Shown: positions 15,955 to 25,455, counted from the stretch's first letter. The stretch: DNA of 32,000 nucleotides from Promethearchaeota archaeon (GCA_016933055.1 JAFGBS010000009.1:150001-182000); one strand, 5' to 3'. A program made the numbers and translations. The notes: generated by a model from the letters alone, not told the origin.

Positions 15955-17301
15955 ATGAGACAAATGCACGCAGACTTGCATATACACAGCCCCCATTCCA
16001 TTGCAGTCTCTAAAAATATGACTCTGGAAAATATCATCCATACATGCAGATTAAAAGGATTAGACATCTTAGGTACTGGAGATATAACACAACCAGATTG
16101 GAGATCCTACCTAGAATCAAATTTAGAATATAAAAATGGTGTGTATACTTATCGTGGTATGTATTTTATCGTACAAACGGAACTTGAGGATCAAGAATCC
16201 ATCCATCATGTAATATTACTTCCTACTATAGAAGCAGGAGAACTCTTGCAACTACAAATAATGGATAAAGCAAAAGGTGTCACAGGGCAATATGGAGGAC
16301 GTCCTCATGTAAATGTTTCACCTCCCGAAATAGTGGAGATGGTAAATGATGTGGGAGGAGTTTGTGGTCCTGCTCACGCATTCACCCCTTTTAAAGCAAT
16401 ATTTCGTTCTAATAAATATGCATCCTTAGAGGAATGCTATGGTAGTATGACTAAATATGTATATTTTCTTGAGTTAGGGCTATCTGCGGATACTAATTTA
16501 GCAGATCGAATGGCTTGTTTGGAGACCTTGACTTTTTTGAGCAACAGTGATGCCCACTCTGAGGGACCACAGAGTCTGGGTCGTGAATTTAACCGTTTTT
16601 ATATTGAAGAACCCAGTTTTGATGAGATTGTAAAAGCGTTAAGACGTCAACAAGGAAGAAAGATCACTCTTAATGTGGGCCTGGAACCTCGTTTAGGAAA
16701 ATATCCCATGATGTTCTGTAAAACTTGCAGAATAAGATATAAACTTTTAACCAAAGATGAAGTAACACCTCACTTCCAATCTCTTCCTCTGCATAAGACC
16801 TTATTTGAATCCTACATAATTGATGGAGACGATTTTGTTTATTACATCTTTAATTCCGAGGAGCAGTTGCAAGATTTCAGGAATCGAGTTGGAAAAAAAG
16901 AGGTGCAATGCGTAAAATGCGCCTTAGAGAATAAAAAATCTGTTATATCACTCGGTGTTTTTGACCGTATAGACCAAATTGCTGATTATTCTCAACCAAA
17001 ACATCCAGATCATCGTCCTCCTTATTTGGGGATAATCCCTTTAGTAGAAATGATACGTGTCCTTAAACGTGTGAGATCTGTAAAAGCGAAATCCGTCTTA
17101 AAAACTTACAATGAACTTATTAAGAAATTCGGTACGGAATTTAGTATTCTTACTGATAAAACTGTTTTGACAAAATTAAGAATGGATGGCACTGATTATG
17201 AGCCGCTAGTAAATTTGATTGAAGCTTTCCATGAAAAAAAGATTGAATTTATCCCTGGAGGGGGAGGGAAATATGGGGAGATCGCATTAGAAGAAATCTA
17301 G
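15955..17301 (+). CDS. Endonuclease Q family (TIGR00375-type) PHP-domain protein
   Basis: ADLHIHSPHS, KGLDILGTGD, PAHAFTP, ELGLSADT, SNSDAHS, LGREFN, PRLGKY, two CxxC pairs, GVFDRI and PGGGGKYG. Confidence 0.9.
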   Translation: MRQMHADLHIHSPHSIAVSKNMTLENIIHTCRLKGLDILGTGDITQPDWRSYLESNLEYKNGVYTYRGMYFIVQTELEDQESIHHVILLPTIEAGELLQLQIMDKAKGVTGQYGGRPHVNVSPPEIVEMVNDVGGVCGPAHAFTPFKAIFRSNKYASLEECYGSMTKYVYFLELGLSADTNLADRMACLETLTFLSNSDAHSEGPQSLGREFNRFYIEEPSFDEIVKALRRQQGRKITLNVGLEPRLGKYPMMFCKTCRIRYKLLTKDEVTPHFQSLPLHKTLFESYIIDGDDFVYYIFNSEEQLQDFRNRVGKKEVQCVKCALENKKSVISLGVFDRIDQIADYSQPKHPDHRPPYLGIIPLVEMIRVLKRVRSVKAKSVLKTYNELIKKFGTEFSILTDKTVLTKLRMDGTDYEPLVNLIEAFHEKKIEFIPGGGGKYGEIALEEI

Positions 17302-17739
17302 AGTTTTTCTCATCCCGATATGACTATGTCCTGAGAGATAATATTTCTCTAATTCGCAAAATTTCTCATACCCGAGTTTTTCATAAAATCCAGGTGCTTG
17401 ATATCCCGCTGTCCATGTCCAAATTCGTTGAATTCCCAATGATTTTAATTTAGTTTCTAAGGTCAATAATAAATCTCTTCCGTATCCTTTTCCTCGAAAC
17501 CTCTTGGTAATGAATACATCTGTCAGATGAAACCAGCCAGAATATTTATCTCCATACTTGTAGGCAAGTCCACTGGAGCTTCCGATGAATTTATTTCCAT
17601 CAACGACAACAAAACTTATTCGTTCTGAGGTTTGGTGGACATCAGTGTGTTCAAATTCATTTTCTCTAAACCCTTCTACCAGTTCAGCGAATTCTTCATT
17701 TGTCATTTTTCGTTCTATGATTTTAATATTACTCATCAT
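17287..17739 (-). CDS. GNAT family N-acetyltransferase
   Basis: LTDVFITKRFRGKGYGRDLL (acetyl-CoA motif A) and APGFYEKLGY (motif B). Confidence 0.92.
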   Translation of the reverse strand: MMSNIKIIERKMTNEEFAELVEGFRENEFEHTDVHQTSERISFVVVDGNKFIGSSSGLAYKYGDKYSGWFHLTDVFITKRFRGKGYGRDLLLTLETKLKSLGIQRIWTWTAGYQAPGFYEKLGYEKFCELEKYYLSGHSHIGMRKTLDFF

Positions 17740-17829
17740 AACATACTTCCGATAAGGTGTGTATAAGAATAATGCGTAAAAATTTATTTCGAAATTTTAT
17801 ACATAACTTACAGCAAAGTGATTTCATCC

Positions 17830-18075
17830 ATGGGAACAAATACCGATTATAATTCTGAGCAATCTAAAATACTCTCGTTAATAAAACAAGGAGAGGATAT
17901 TATCTCCGCTCGGATTACACTTGAATGTCCTTATTGCTCGTATAAGCGTATATTCAAAAATCAATTCAGTCCGAGCAAGATCGAGCTTATTACAGTGACA
18001 TTTAAAATAATTGATTGGTTGACATGTGAGCGATGCGATCATCAGCTTAATTTTACGTTAGACCTATTTATTTGA
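17830..18075 (+). CDS. Small zinc-binding hypothetical protein (CPYC...CERC)
   Basis: Two CxxC knuckles, located in the gap between two minus-strand genes with its own AT-rich upstream region. The 3' end overlaps the convergent gene by 34 nt. ATG at 17830 preferred. Confidence 0.55.
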   Translation: MGTNTDYNSEQSKILSLIKQGEDIISARITLECPYCSYKRIFKNQFSPSKIELITVTFKIIDWLTCERCDHQLNFTLDLFI

Positions 18076-19190
18076 ATCATTTTGTCATTCGGATCAGTCC
18101 CAAGCACCACTCTATATCGAATTTCATTTAGAGAATTTATTTTTTCTTGTTCTAATTTACCATTGACCAACACCTTATCTCCTTTGCGAGCTTGTTCCAA
18201 AAATCTCCCCCGAAAGGTGAAAATTTCTATTTCTTCTATAGGAATTGGGTGAATGCTTTTTTGAATTGAATTAATTTGTAATTTGTAACTACCCGGAGTG
18301 AAGATCGATTTAGAATCATTCACAATTTCTCCTCGAAGAATGACTCGATCTAGACCTTTATAAGAGAAATCGTTAAAATCTGGCAGATTTATATCATTTC
18401 GACATATTTCAATGTAACGAAGAAATACATCCCTTCCATCTATCAAGAATTGGTGAGTTTTCTGAAGTTCCATGCGTTTAAAGTCACGAAATGGCACATG
18501 AAATCCAGCACCTCGGTTCTTGAAATGGGTTCGCATTAATCTTCCGGTATACGTCTTAATCAAGGATGAACCGTATTGAAATGACTTAGAATGGGAGAAC
18601 CTATCCTCTAAAAAGGCATGAACCTTATGTGACTCTACTTCTCCATAAATAATAAGATCATAATCTGATTTAGGTTGGTTCAATCCTACCATATATGAAC
18701 CCGACAATCCTATGTGGGAAACAGGGATATCAGATCCTTCGTGAATAAACATTACTAAATTCTTTAACGACTCTTCAGGTTCAGATTCTAATTTCTCCTG
18801 TAAATACACTTCAGGAACATGAATAGTTTTTATATCTCGTATAGGAACTGCTTGCAGAGGGAAATCAAATAATTCTGATCGAAATATATATTCGGGTTTG
18901 AATTGAGATAAAATTCGGAATCTTGACTCAATATCATATATTTTGATGAAATTTTTGTGTGCAAATCGTACATCTGCTATATCCACAGAATATTTCTTTT
19001 CAATTTCCTTTTGAATGCGGAATTTTTTTGTTTTTGGAGCATTTGCATAATTCCTGTTAAAAAAGTCAACGGGCATATATCTTAAATATGCAATTTTATA
19101 CATTTCGGGTTGAATTATTCCTTTAACATCAAAAATTAACCCCTCTTTCGTCTCGAGAAAATCTCCTTCAAACGTTCGGTAATCCATCAT
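18042..19190 (-). CDS. Archaeal predicted nucleotidyltransferase (COG1665-like) with C-terminal OB-like domain
   Basis: EGDFLETKEGLIFDVKG, IAYLRY and GLSGSYMVGL...SDYDLIIYG (Pol-beta GS..DxD motif). C-terminal GDKVLVNGKLE is OB-like. Its start overlaps the mptA stop (ATGA, 19187-19190). Confidence 0.8.
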   Translation of the reverse strand: MMDYRTFEGDFLETKEGLIFDVKGIIQPEMYKIAYLRYMPVDFFNRNYANAPKTKKFRIQKEIEKKYSVDIADVRFAHKNFIKIYDIESRFRILSQFKPEYIFRSELFDFPLQAVPIRDIKTIHVPEVYLQEKLESEPEESLKNLVMFIHEGSDIPVSHIGLSGSYMVGLNQPKSDYDLIIYGEVESHKVHAFLEDRFSHSKSFQYGSSLIKTYTGRLMRTHFKNRGAGFHVPFRDFKRMELQKTHQFLIDGRDVFLRYIEICRNDINLPDFNDFSYKGLDRVILRGEIVNDSKSIFTPGSYKLQINSIQKSIHPIPIEEIEIFTFRGRFLEQARKGDKVLVNGKLEQEKINSLNEIRYRVVLGTDPNDKMIQINRSNVKLS

Positions 19191-20131
19191 GCAAACTGGT
19201 CCCGAATTTCCTTCAAAGTTGTGTTTAATTCAGCATATGCGTTATGGTGATGAATACTTTCTTGAGTATCTGCATTGATGGATACTGAACAATCGTCGGG
19301 TAAATACGCGAATTTAGGACTAGCTAATGCTTTTGCGGCTTCTCTGACTACATCTTCTACGAAACGTGGATTTAAATGTGCAATTCGTACTAGCTCGGCT
19401 TCATCAGGTCGTTTTAACACAGATTGTATTTTCGCACTCATGGATCCTTCAATAATTTCCACTAATTCTAATACATCAACCAGTTGTTCAGAGCCATTTT
19501 GTGTTCCAATAATTATTTTACCAGTAGCACGTTGATTGTGAGATGCGATCGGAATCACATTGAGTAGTTCATCGATATCTGCATCACTTAATTTATTGGT
19601 GCGGGATTTAATTAATTCTTTCGAGTATTCTACAGACATTTCTTTAGCGCATGGACATGCGGTAATTCCCTCTGCTTGTACTCCCACGTATACCTTTCGG
19701 GTGATGTTACCCTTATTATTGCGATCCCCGATTACTTTGGAATACACATCATATGATTTTTGCATTTGATCTCGATCGGTGGTTTTTCTTTTTACAAATA
19801 GCACTCCATTCACTTCGACTTCTGCATGAGTGGTATATTCATGTTCTTGGAGTAGTAAATCTATAATGCGTATACAAAACTGCTCGAAAGTGGTTGCAGG
19901 TTTGAAAGCAGCGTTATTTATGACCTCCTCAATGGATTCTGCAGTTCTACTCATGTGTATTCCTCTTTGTGTTCCTGGTAGTGAAATATATGCTTGAATA
20001 TTAGCATTAATCGAACACTTAAAATTATCACGAACGATATCCACGGTTCTAATTACATTCCGGATTCCTACTTTTTCAATGGGTATCGAAGCAACTGGCT
20101 GTTCCGATTGAATATCTCTTTTAAATGGCAT
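19187..20131 (-). CDS. mptA: GTP cyclohydrolase MptA/FolE2 (type IB/IV)
   Basis: DIQ..P, IEKVGI, QRGIHMSR, GITACPCA, SHNQRA, NPRFVEDVVRE and ESIHHHNAYA motifs. Likely start ATG 20131 (MPFKRDIQ); alternative 20167. Confidence 0.93.
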   Translation of the reverse strand: MPFKRDIQSEQPVASIPIEKVGIRNVIRTVDIVRDNFKCSINANIQAYISLPGTQRGIHMSRTAESIEEVINNAAFKPATTFEQFCIRIIDLLLQEHEYTTHAEVEVNGVLFVKRKTTDRDQMQKSYDVYSKVIGDRNNKGNITRKVYVGVQAEGITACPCAKEMSVEYSKELIKSRTNKLSDADIDELLNVIPIASHNQRATGKIIIGTQNGSEQLVDVLELVEIIEGSMSAKIQSVLKRPDEAELVRIAHLNPRFVEDVVREAAKALASPKFAYLPDDCSVSINADTQESIHHHNAYAELNTTLKEIRDQFA

Positions 20132-20261
20132 GGGGTATTTTTCTCCTCCGAATCGTACCAATTTCAAATAGTATGAGGGGAAGTTTCACTTCTTATGAAA
20201 CAATTCTTCGGCGGTATTCTTGAAGAAAACATTATTTATCAGTTTTTCATTGATCATTTTT

Positions 20262-20825
20262 ATGATAATTGCAATTTCTGGATTGCATGGGACTGGAAAA
20301 TCAGTTGTAGGAAAAAAAATAGCAGAAAAACTTGGATTAGCGTATTACTCCACGGGAGACTTATTTCGCGCTATTGCACAGGAAAAAGGATTATCATTAG
20401 AAGATCTGTCTAACCTCGCAGAAAAGGACAAAACTATAGATTATACCATCGATTATCGCATAAAACAACTTGCACTGAAAGGAAATTGCGTATTGGATAA
20501 TCAACTTAGTTCGTATCTTCTTAAAGATTTAGTTGATTATAGTGTTTTGTTGGCATGTGATGAGGAAATTAGGATTAAAAGAATGAAAGAGAGAGACAAG
20601 GAGGAACTGGGTGCCAAAATTCAAGAAACTCAAGTACGTGAGCGTTCGGAGAGAAAACGATTCTTAGAATTTTATGGTATTGACATCCATGATCCAGACA
20701 AAATCAAGGAAACCTTTGACTTGATTTTGGATACTACTCATTTATCTATTGAAGAAGTGACGTCGAAAATATTAACAGCTATTCAAGAACAAGAGGGATT
20801 TTCACTTAAGGATCCGAAAAATTAA
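20262..20825 (+). CDS. cmk: Cytidylate kinase (archaeal type)
   Basis: MIIAISGLHGTGKS (P-loop), YSTGDLFRAIA, IDYTID and FYGIDI; upstream of rpl14e. ATG at 20262. Confidence 0.93.
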   Translation: MIIAISGLHGTGKSVVGKKIAEKLGLAYYSTGDLFRAIAQEKGLSLEDLSNLAEKDKTIDYTIDYRIKQLALKGNCVLDNQLSSYLLKDLVDYSVLLACDEEIRIKRMKERDKEELGAKIQETQVRERSERKRFLEFYGIDIHDPDKIKETFDLILDTTHLSIEEVTSKILTAIQEQEGFSLKDPKN

Positions 20826-20921
20826 TATTTTTTCCACAACAGAAGAGGTTACACCTTGGTCTATCTTTCACCCTACATGGGAGATAAGATATACTGAGCA
20901 AAATTACAATTGGTGACAATA

Positions 20922-21197
20922 ATGGGTGTCTATGACATAGGACAAGTATGCGTAAAATTACTCGGTCGAGAAGCTGGGTATCTTTGCACTATCGTGGAAG
21001 TAATCGATAAAAACTTTGCATTAGTAGAAGGCTTGAAAGTAAAGCGGAGGAGATGTAACTTCAAACATTTATCTCCTACGAAACATATGATTGAAATCAA
21101 GAAGGGTGCTAATAAAAAGGCAATTGAAGAAGCAATTGAGAAAGCAAAATTAAAGGAAAAATTCGAAACAAAAAATGTTCCGAAATTGCAACTTTAA
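20922..21197 (+). CDS. rpl14e: 50S ribosomal protein L14e
   Basis: IGQVCVKLLGREAG..CTIVEVIDKNFALVEG..VKRRRCNFKHL is the archaeal L14e signature. Confidence 0.97.
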   Translation: MGVYDIGQVCVKLLGREAGYLCTIVEVIDKNFALVEGLKVKRRRCNFKHLSPTKHMIEIKKGANKKAIEEAIEKAKLKEKFETKNVPKLQL

Positions 21198-21227
21198 CCA
21201 ATCTATTTATTTTTTATTTTTAAAAAA

Positions 21228-21340
21228 GCAGGTGTAATCAAGTGGTTACGATGCTAGCCTGGAATGAACGGAATAATTCCGTAAAATCCCGGTTAGCTAG
21301 TGGGTGAAAGCCCGCATGGGTTCGAATCCCATCGCCTGCG
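21228..21340 (+). tRNA. tRNA-Ser(GGA) with 30-nt canonical 37/38 intron (21265-21294)
   Basis: Acceptor GCAGGTG/CGCCTGC; anticodon stem CTAGC/GCTAG with CT[GGA]A; long variable arm GGGTGAAAGCCC; T-arm ATGGG-TTCGAAT-CCCAT. BHB motif CTGG/CCGG with bulges AAT and TTA, and intron hairpin ACGGAA/TTCCGT. Confidence 0.95.
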
Positions 21341-21358
21341 CTCTTAAAAACAATAAAA

Positions 21359-22732
21359 TTAAGATGGATTACGAATTATTTCCAGTATTTTATCCCGTTT
21401 CTTCAAAGATTCAGTAGCCGATAGTTCAATTTTACGTTCCATTTCCTCCTTTTTCTCTGGATCTTCTTCTCCGATTACCTTTTTAATGGGAGTGTAGGCG
21501 GACTCCCGAAACCGGGGAAGAATAATAGATTCTCCTGAGGGGTTTTTGAAAATTACATGATTTGAATCCGTAACTTGACCAATTTCCATGATTTTCACTC
21601 CCGCTTTTTTAACAAGTTGAATAATTTTCTCAGACATACTTGGGGCTACAAATAACAATAAAGCATCTAATGATACTCCAAGATAATCTACACCCGTTTT
21701 TTTTAGCAAATCTAATACTAAGGGATCCACCAGTTGTTCCACCTTTGATATTGAAATCTCAACTCCAGTTTTTGATTCGTAGATAATTTCGTATAAATCT
21801 CCTCGCAGACCTCCGTTGGTAACATCACACATGGTCCGAATATGAGGAATAAACTCAGAATTCAAAATGGTTTTTGCTGCAGTTAAAAATTTGATGTTCA
21901 AGGTGGCTTTCAATGCATCATGATTTCCTGAATAAATCGCAGTGGTAGATATAGTCCCCCCTCCTGCGCCTTCCGTCATTAATATTTTATCCCCGACTAT
22001 AATGTCTCTACGTGCAAGTAAATTGTGTGTAATTCCAATCACTGCAATACCACCTGTAATTCGGGTTCCGATAACCATATCTCCCCCAATTCTAAGTGTA
22101 GAGCCCGCGGTTATCGGAACTTCCGTCAGTTCAGCAACAGCAGAAACTCCTGCCATAAAATCGAATAATTTTCCTACATCTGCATCATCTCCCAAATGAA
22201 TATCTACCATTATTGAAATAGGCACAGCTCCCTTTACATAGATGTCTCGTAATCCGGCGCGAGTAACATGAAATCCCGCCAAAAACGGATAATCACTCAA
22301 TCGACTATGCATTCCCTCCATTTTGGATATGATTAGTAAATCTTTGGAACCTTCCACTGTATCAGAAAGTTTTACCGCTCCTGCATCATCTAAAGATTTT
22401 GGAGATAAATAAGCTTCAATGGAGGTACTAGATACTTCTCCAATGAGTTTGTGCACAAAAAAATCTCCTATCCCCCGACATCCAACTCCTTGTTCTCCCA
22501 CTGTAATATTGGATTCGGGAATTTTCAGGATTTCCCTAACTACTAAATCCTCGCCCGAGTATTCGGATTTTACACACTCTTCCCAGATTGCAAGAGCCAG
22601 TTTACTAGCATCTTTTCTACTGATTTCCTTATAGACTAAGTACTCGTCTACCAATTTTTCCAGAATCTCGTTTTTTTTCCATTTTTTAGTAATTAAACTA
22701 CGAGTAGTACCTTCCAGATCAGTCATAAGCAT
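21359..22732 (-). CDS. AIR synthase-related protein (PurM/HypE/ThiL/SelD superfamily), archaeal family of unknown function
   Basis: DLEG N-terminus, GVGCRGIGDFFVH, DDAG, EGMHSRLSDYPFLAGFHVTRA.LRD, GDKILMTEGAGGG and CDVTNGGLRGD (PurM-fold ATP/Mg motifs). Confidence 0.85.
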   Translation of the reverse strand: MLMTDLEGTTRSLITKKWKKNEILEKLVDEYLVYKEISRKDASKLALAIWEECVKSEYSGEDLVVREILKIPESNITVGEQGVGCRGIGDFFVHKLIGEVSSTSIEAYLSPKSLDDAGAVKLSDTVEGSKDLLIISKMEGMHSRLSDYPFLAGFHVTRAGLRDIYVKGAVPISIMVDIHLGDDADVGKLFDFMAGVSAVAELTEVPITAGSTLRIGGDMVIGTRITGGIAVIGITHNLLARRDIIVGDKILMTEGAGGGTISTTAIYSGNHDALKATLNIKFLTAAKTILNSEFIPHIRTMCDVTNGGLRGDLYEIIYESKTGVEISISKVEQLVDPLVLDLLKKTGVDYLGVSLDALLLFVAPSMSEKIIQLVKKAGVKIMEIGQVTDSNHVIFKNPSGESIILPRFRESAYTPIKKVIGEEDPEKKEEMERKIELSATESLKKRDKILEIIRNPS

Positions 22733-22819
22733 AATGGATTTGTGAATGGTTCCTCTAAATTCTTCTCAACATTGAGAAAAAATTAAAAAAGAATAAACCA
22801 CGCGGTATCTTGAAAAAAA

Positions 22820-23941
22820 TTGCGAGTGTACATAAAAACACCATGCCGATTACATTTTAGCTTAATTGATATGAATGGTTCGCTAAATCGAGTCGATGGA
22901 GGAATAGGTCTTACCCTGAAACAACCTAATTTTACCTTAGAAGTCCTTGATCGTGAATCTCTTATTCATCGAGGAGTAGGGAAGTTTGCTTGGGAACTTT
23001 TACCGGAAAAGCAAATAGTCCTTGAAACAGATTTAGGTCAAGTCGTTTTTTCAATAGAATGTTCAGATTGCCCCAATCCCGATGAATTGTTAGATACCGT
23101 ATCAGATATCACAGAAAAATTTATCCACCAGCTCACTGATAAATTCTCGCTCGCTAAATCTGATAAATTCCCTTTGAAATTTACGATATGGGATTTTCTG
23201 TTTTCCCATATGGGTCTTGGTTCCAAAACTCAAATGGCACTTGCAATTGCATCCTCCATCATAAAGATTCTCGGATTAGATGTACACATAGATGTTGAAA
23301 CACTTACTCAAATGGTGGGGAGAGGAGGGACTTCGGGAATTGGATTTCGCTCTTTTGAAAATGGAGGTTTCATTTTGGATTGCGGTCATCGATTTGGGAA
23401 AAATCTGGAGAAAGAAAGTTTCTTACCTTCGTCAGCTTCTCATGCTAAACCTGCACGTACAATTTTACGCTATGATTTTCCAGAGGAATGGTACGTGCTT
23501 GTTGTAATCCTAAACGTTCCAGCGGGTGCATCGAATATGGAGGAAATTAATATCTTCCAAAATCACTGTCCTATCCCAATAGAAGAAGTCCAGCAAGTGA
23601 CTCATCATATTTTGATGCAACTACTTCCCGGAATTATCGAGAAGGATTTGGTCAATTTTGGCGAAGCGGTGAATTCCATCCGAAAAATTGGATTTAAAAA
23701 AATCGAAATCGATCTACAACACGATCACATAAAGGAATTAATTAAATTCTTAGAACAAAAATCCTCAAAATGTGTGGGGATGAGTTCATTCGGTCCCACG
23801 GTATTTTCCATATTTGAATCAAAGCCACTAGCATTGGAGATGCTGGATCATATCAAGAAAAAATTCTCATCGGTTGGATTTACTTCGTATATCACTACTG
23901 CTAATAATACAGGAGCCGATATTGAGGTAACTCCTCAGTAA
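22820..23941 (+). CDS. mptG: Beta-ribofuranosylaminobenzene 5'-phosphate (RFAP) synthase, GHMP-kinase fold
   Basis: TPCRLHFSLIDMNG...RVDGGIG, HMGLGSKTQ, GRGGTSGIG..SFENGGFILDCGH and GMSSFGPTV. Confidence 0.9.
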   Translation: MRVYIKTPCRLHFSLIDMNGSLNRVDGGIGLTLKQPNFTLEVLDRESLIHRGVGKFAWELLPEKQIVLETDLGQVVFSIECSDCPNPDELLDTVSDITEKFIHQLTDKFSLAKSDKFPLKFTIWDFLFSHMGLGSKTQMALAIASSIIKILGLDVHIDVETLTQMVGRGGTSGIGFRSFENGGFILDCGHRFGKNLEKESFLPSSASHAKPARTILRYDFPEEWYVLVVILNVPAGASNMEEINIFQNHCPIPIEEVQQVTHHILMQLLPGIIEKDLVNFGEAVNSIRKIGFKKIEIDLQHDHIKELIKFLEQKSSKCVGMSSFGPTVFSIFESKPLALEMLDHIKKKFSSVGFTSYITTANNTGADIEVTPQ

Positions 23942-23983
23942 ATGAATTAAAAGGAAAAAGAATAGAGAAAATTCGATTACTAA

Positions 23984-25447
23984 TTAAAATTGATCTAATT
24001 TTTTGGATTGGATCCAAATGTCCTCTAAAACGGGGGCAAACATTTTGATATGTTCATCCAATACTGAGCCCATCCCCGCTACTTGTAGTTCTCCATCTCC
24101 TTTGGAGACAACACAGACAATCATTTCCTCAAAATCTTTATTGAGAGCCCAAACCGTGCCGCGGGGGAAATATCGCAAGTCAACATTGGTCATTTCCTTT
24201 AATGTGTCCACTTTTCCTTTATCAGCAGAACTATTCAAATCAAAATCGGTAGAGATACGAACATTGATACGGGACTTTACTTTTGAGAGTGCTGTAAAAT
24301 CAATATCTTTGATCGTGGGACAAATTACATATAACCGCATCTTAACCATGGAAAATGCCTCGTTTATCTGCGCTTTCATAGCTTCTGGTGATCTTATGAA
24401 CCATACATCCTTAAAAGTCATCATAGAGGCTGCTTTAGAACGTTCCCAAAATTCCTGCATAGTTTTTTCTGCCAGATCCAATTGTCGGACAACTGACATC
24501 ATGGTATCTTCATCCAGTGTTTCCATTACTTCCTTTTGGAATTGCCCTTTTAATTCATTAATTCCTTTTTGAATAGAATTATTCACTTCAGTGACGCGTT
24601 TTTCTAAATCTCCTAATGTCTCTTCTAATCCTGCTTCGATATTGGTGAAAGAATCTCCTATTCCTGAACTTATCTCTCCAGCTGTATCCGTAATACTTCC
24701 TAATTGCTCAATAACTTGATCTAAGGTGTCTTGTGTAGTTTGGATTACCTTATCTCGGAAGTACCCTGCCATTTCTTCAAATTGGTCCTTAATAATACGT
24801 GAAACTATCTTTTCTGCAAAACTTGACAAGGCTCCCACTCGGAATTGCTTCTCGAATGCTTGCGAGATTTCAGATTTTATCGTTTCCAATCGAGATTGCA
24901 TTCGTCCGAATTCCATTTCAATATCTGGGGGAACTACTTCCTTAAGATTCAAAATAAATAATTTTAAATCATGGAATTTTTGAACCCCTTTCATTTGATT
25001 TTCAAATTTTGAGAGCTGGTCTTTCATTTTCACGGGGAGGGTTTCCTTCATTTCACGAATAAATTCCACATATTCTTGAAATTTGTCTAAGGATGCAATA
25101 GATTTCTCCATCCCGATGAACCTTCCCTCTAAAGCCGTAGGAGCTGCACTCTTCAATCCAGTAATAGATTCCTTAAATTGATGTATTTGTTTCATTAATG
25201 CAGCATATGGGGGTAATGCGGAATAATGGATAGTTTTTCCTGGTACTTCTCTTACCAATCCTTTTTCTACCAAATCTTTCGCGATTTCTTGCGCCCGTAC
25301 ATCATCTACTCCACCTAAAAGTCCCATTTCACCGGCACTAACTGGTCCTCTTCCAGTGATCCGAAAATAAACCTCTATTTCGTCTGGAGCTAATCCGATT
25401 AATTCGAGGACTTCTTGAGTAGATTTAAACTCTTGTTCACTTGACAT
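23984..25447 (-). CDS. TrmB-family winged-HTH regulator with long central coiled-coil/helical region and C-terminal TrmB effector (PLD-like) domain
   Basis: GLAPDEIEVYFRI...EIAKDLVEKGLVREVPGKTIHYSALPP (TrmB HTH), about 270 aa of amphipathic helices, then a C-terminal alpha/beta domain (RLYVICP, VRIST, WALNKDFEEMIV) lacking HxK. Confidence 0.75.
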   Translation of the reverse strand: MSSEQEFKSTQEVLELIGLAPDEIEVYFRITGRGPVSAGEMGLLGGVDDVRAQEIAKDLVEKGLVREVPGKTIHYSALPPYAALMKQIHQFKESITGLKSAAPTALEGRFIGMEKSIASLDKFQEYVEFIREMKETLPVKMKDQLSKFENQMKGVQKFHDLKLFILNLKEVVPPDIEMEFGRMQSRLETIKSEISQAFEKQFRVGALSSFAEKIVSRIIKDQFEEMAGYFRDKVIQTTQDTLDQVIEQLGSITDTAGEISSGIGDSFTNIEAGLEETLGDLEKRVTEVNNSIQKGINELKGQFQKEVMETLDEDTMMSVVRQLDLAEKTMQEFWERSKAASMMTFKDVWFIRSPEAMKAQINEAFSMVKMRLYVICPTIKDIDFTALSKVKSRINVRISTDFDLNSSADKGKVDTLKEMTNVDLRYFPRGTVWALNKDFEEMIVCVVSKGDGELQVAGMGSVLDEHIKMFAPVLEDIWIQSKKLDQF

Positions 25448-25455
25448 GTTTTATT

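Noticed and set aside
21359-22732. Possible selenophosphate synthetase SelD, given SepSecS in the window
   Set aside because: Lacks the N-terminal (C/U)-G-C-K SelD motif and has no in-frame UGA; belongs to a different PurM-superfamily branch.
23984-24420. Possible active phospholipase D/nuclease domain in the TrmB protein
   Set aside because: No HxKxxxxD motif (WALNKD only); consistent with a non-catalytic effector domain.
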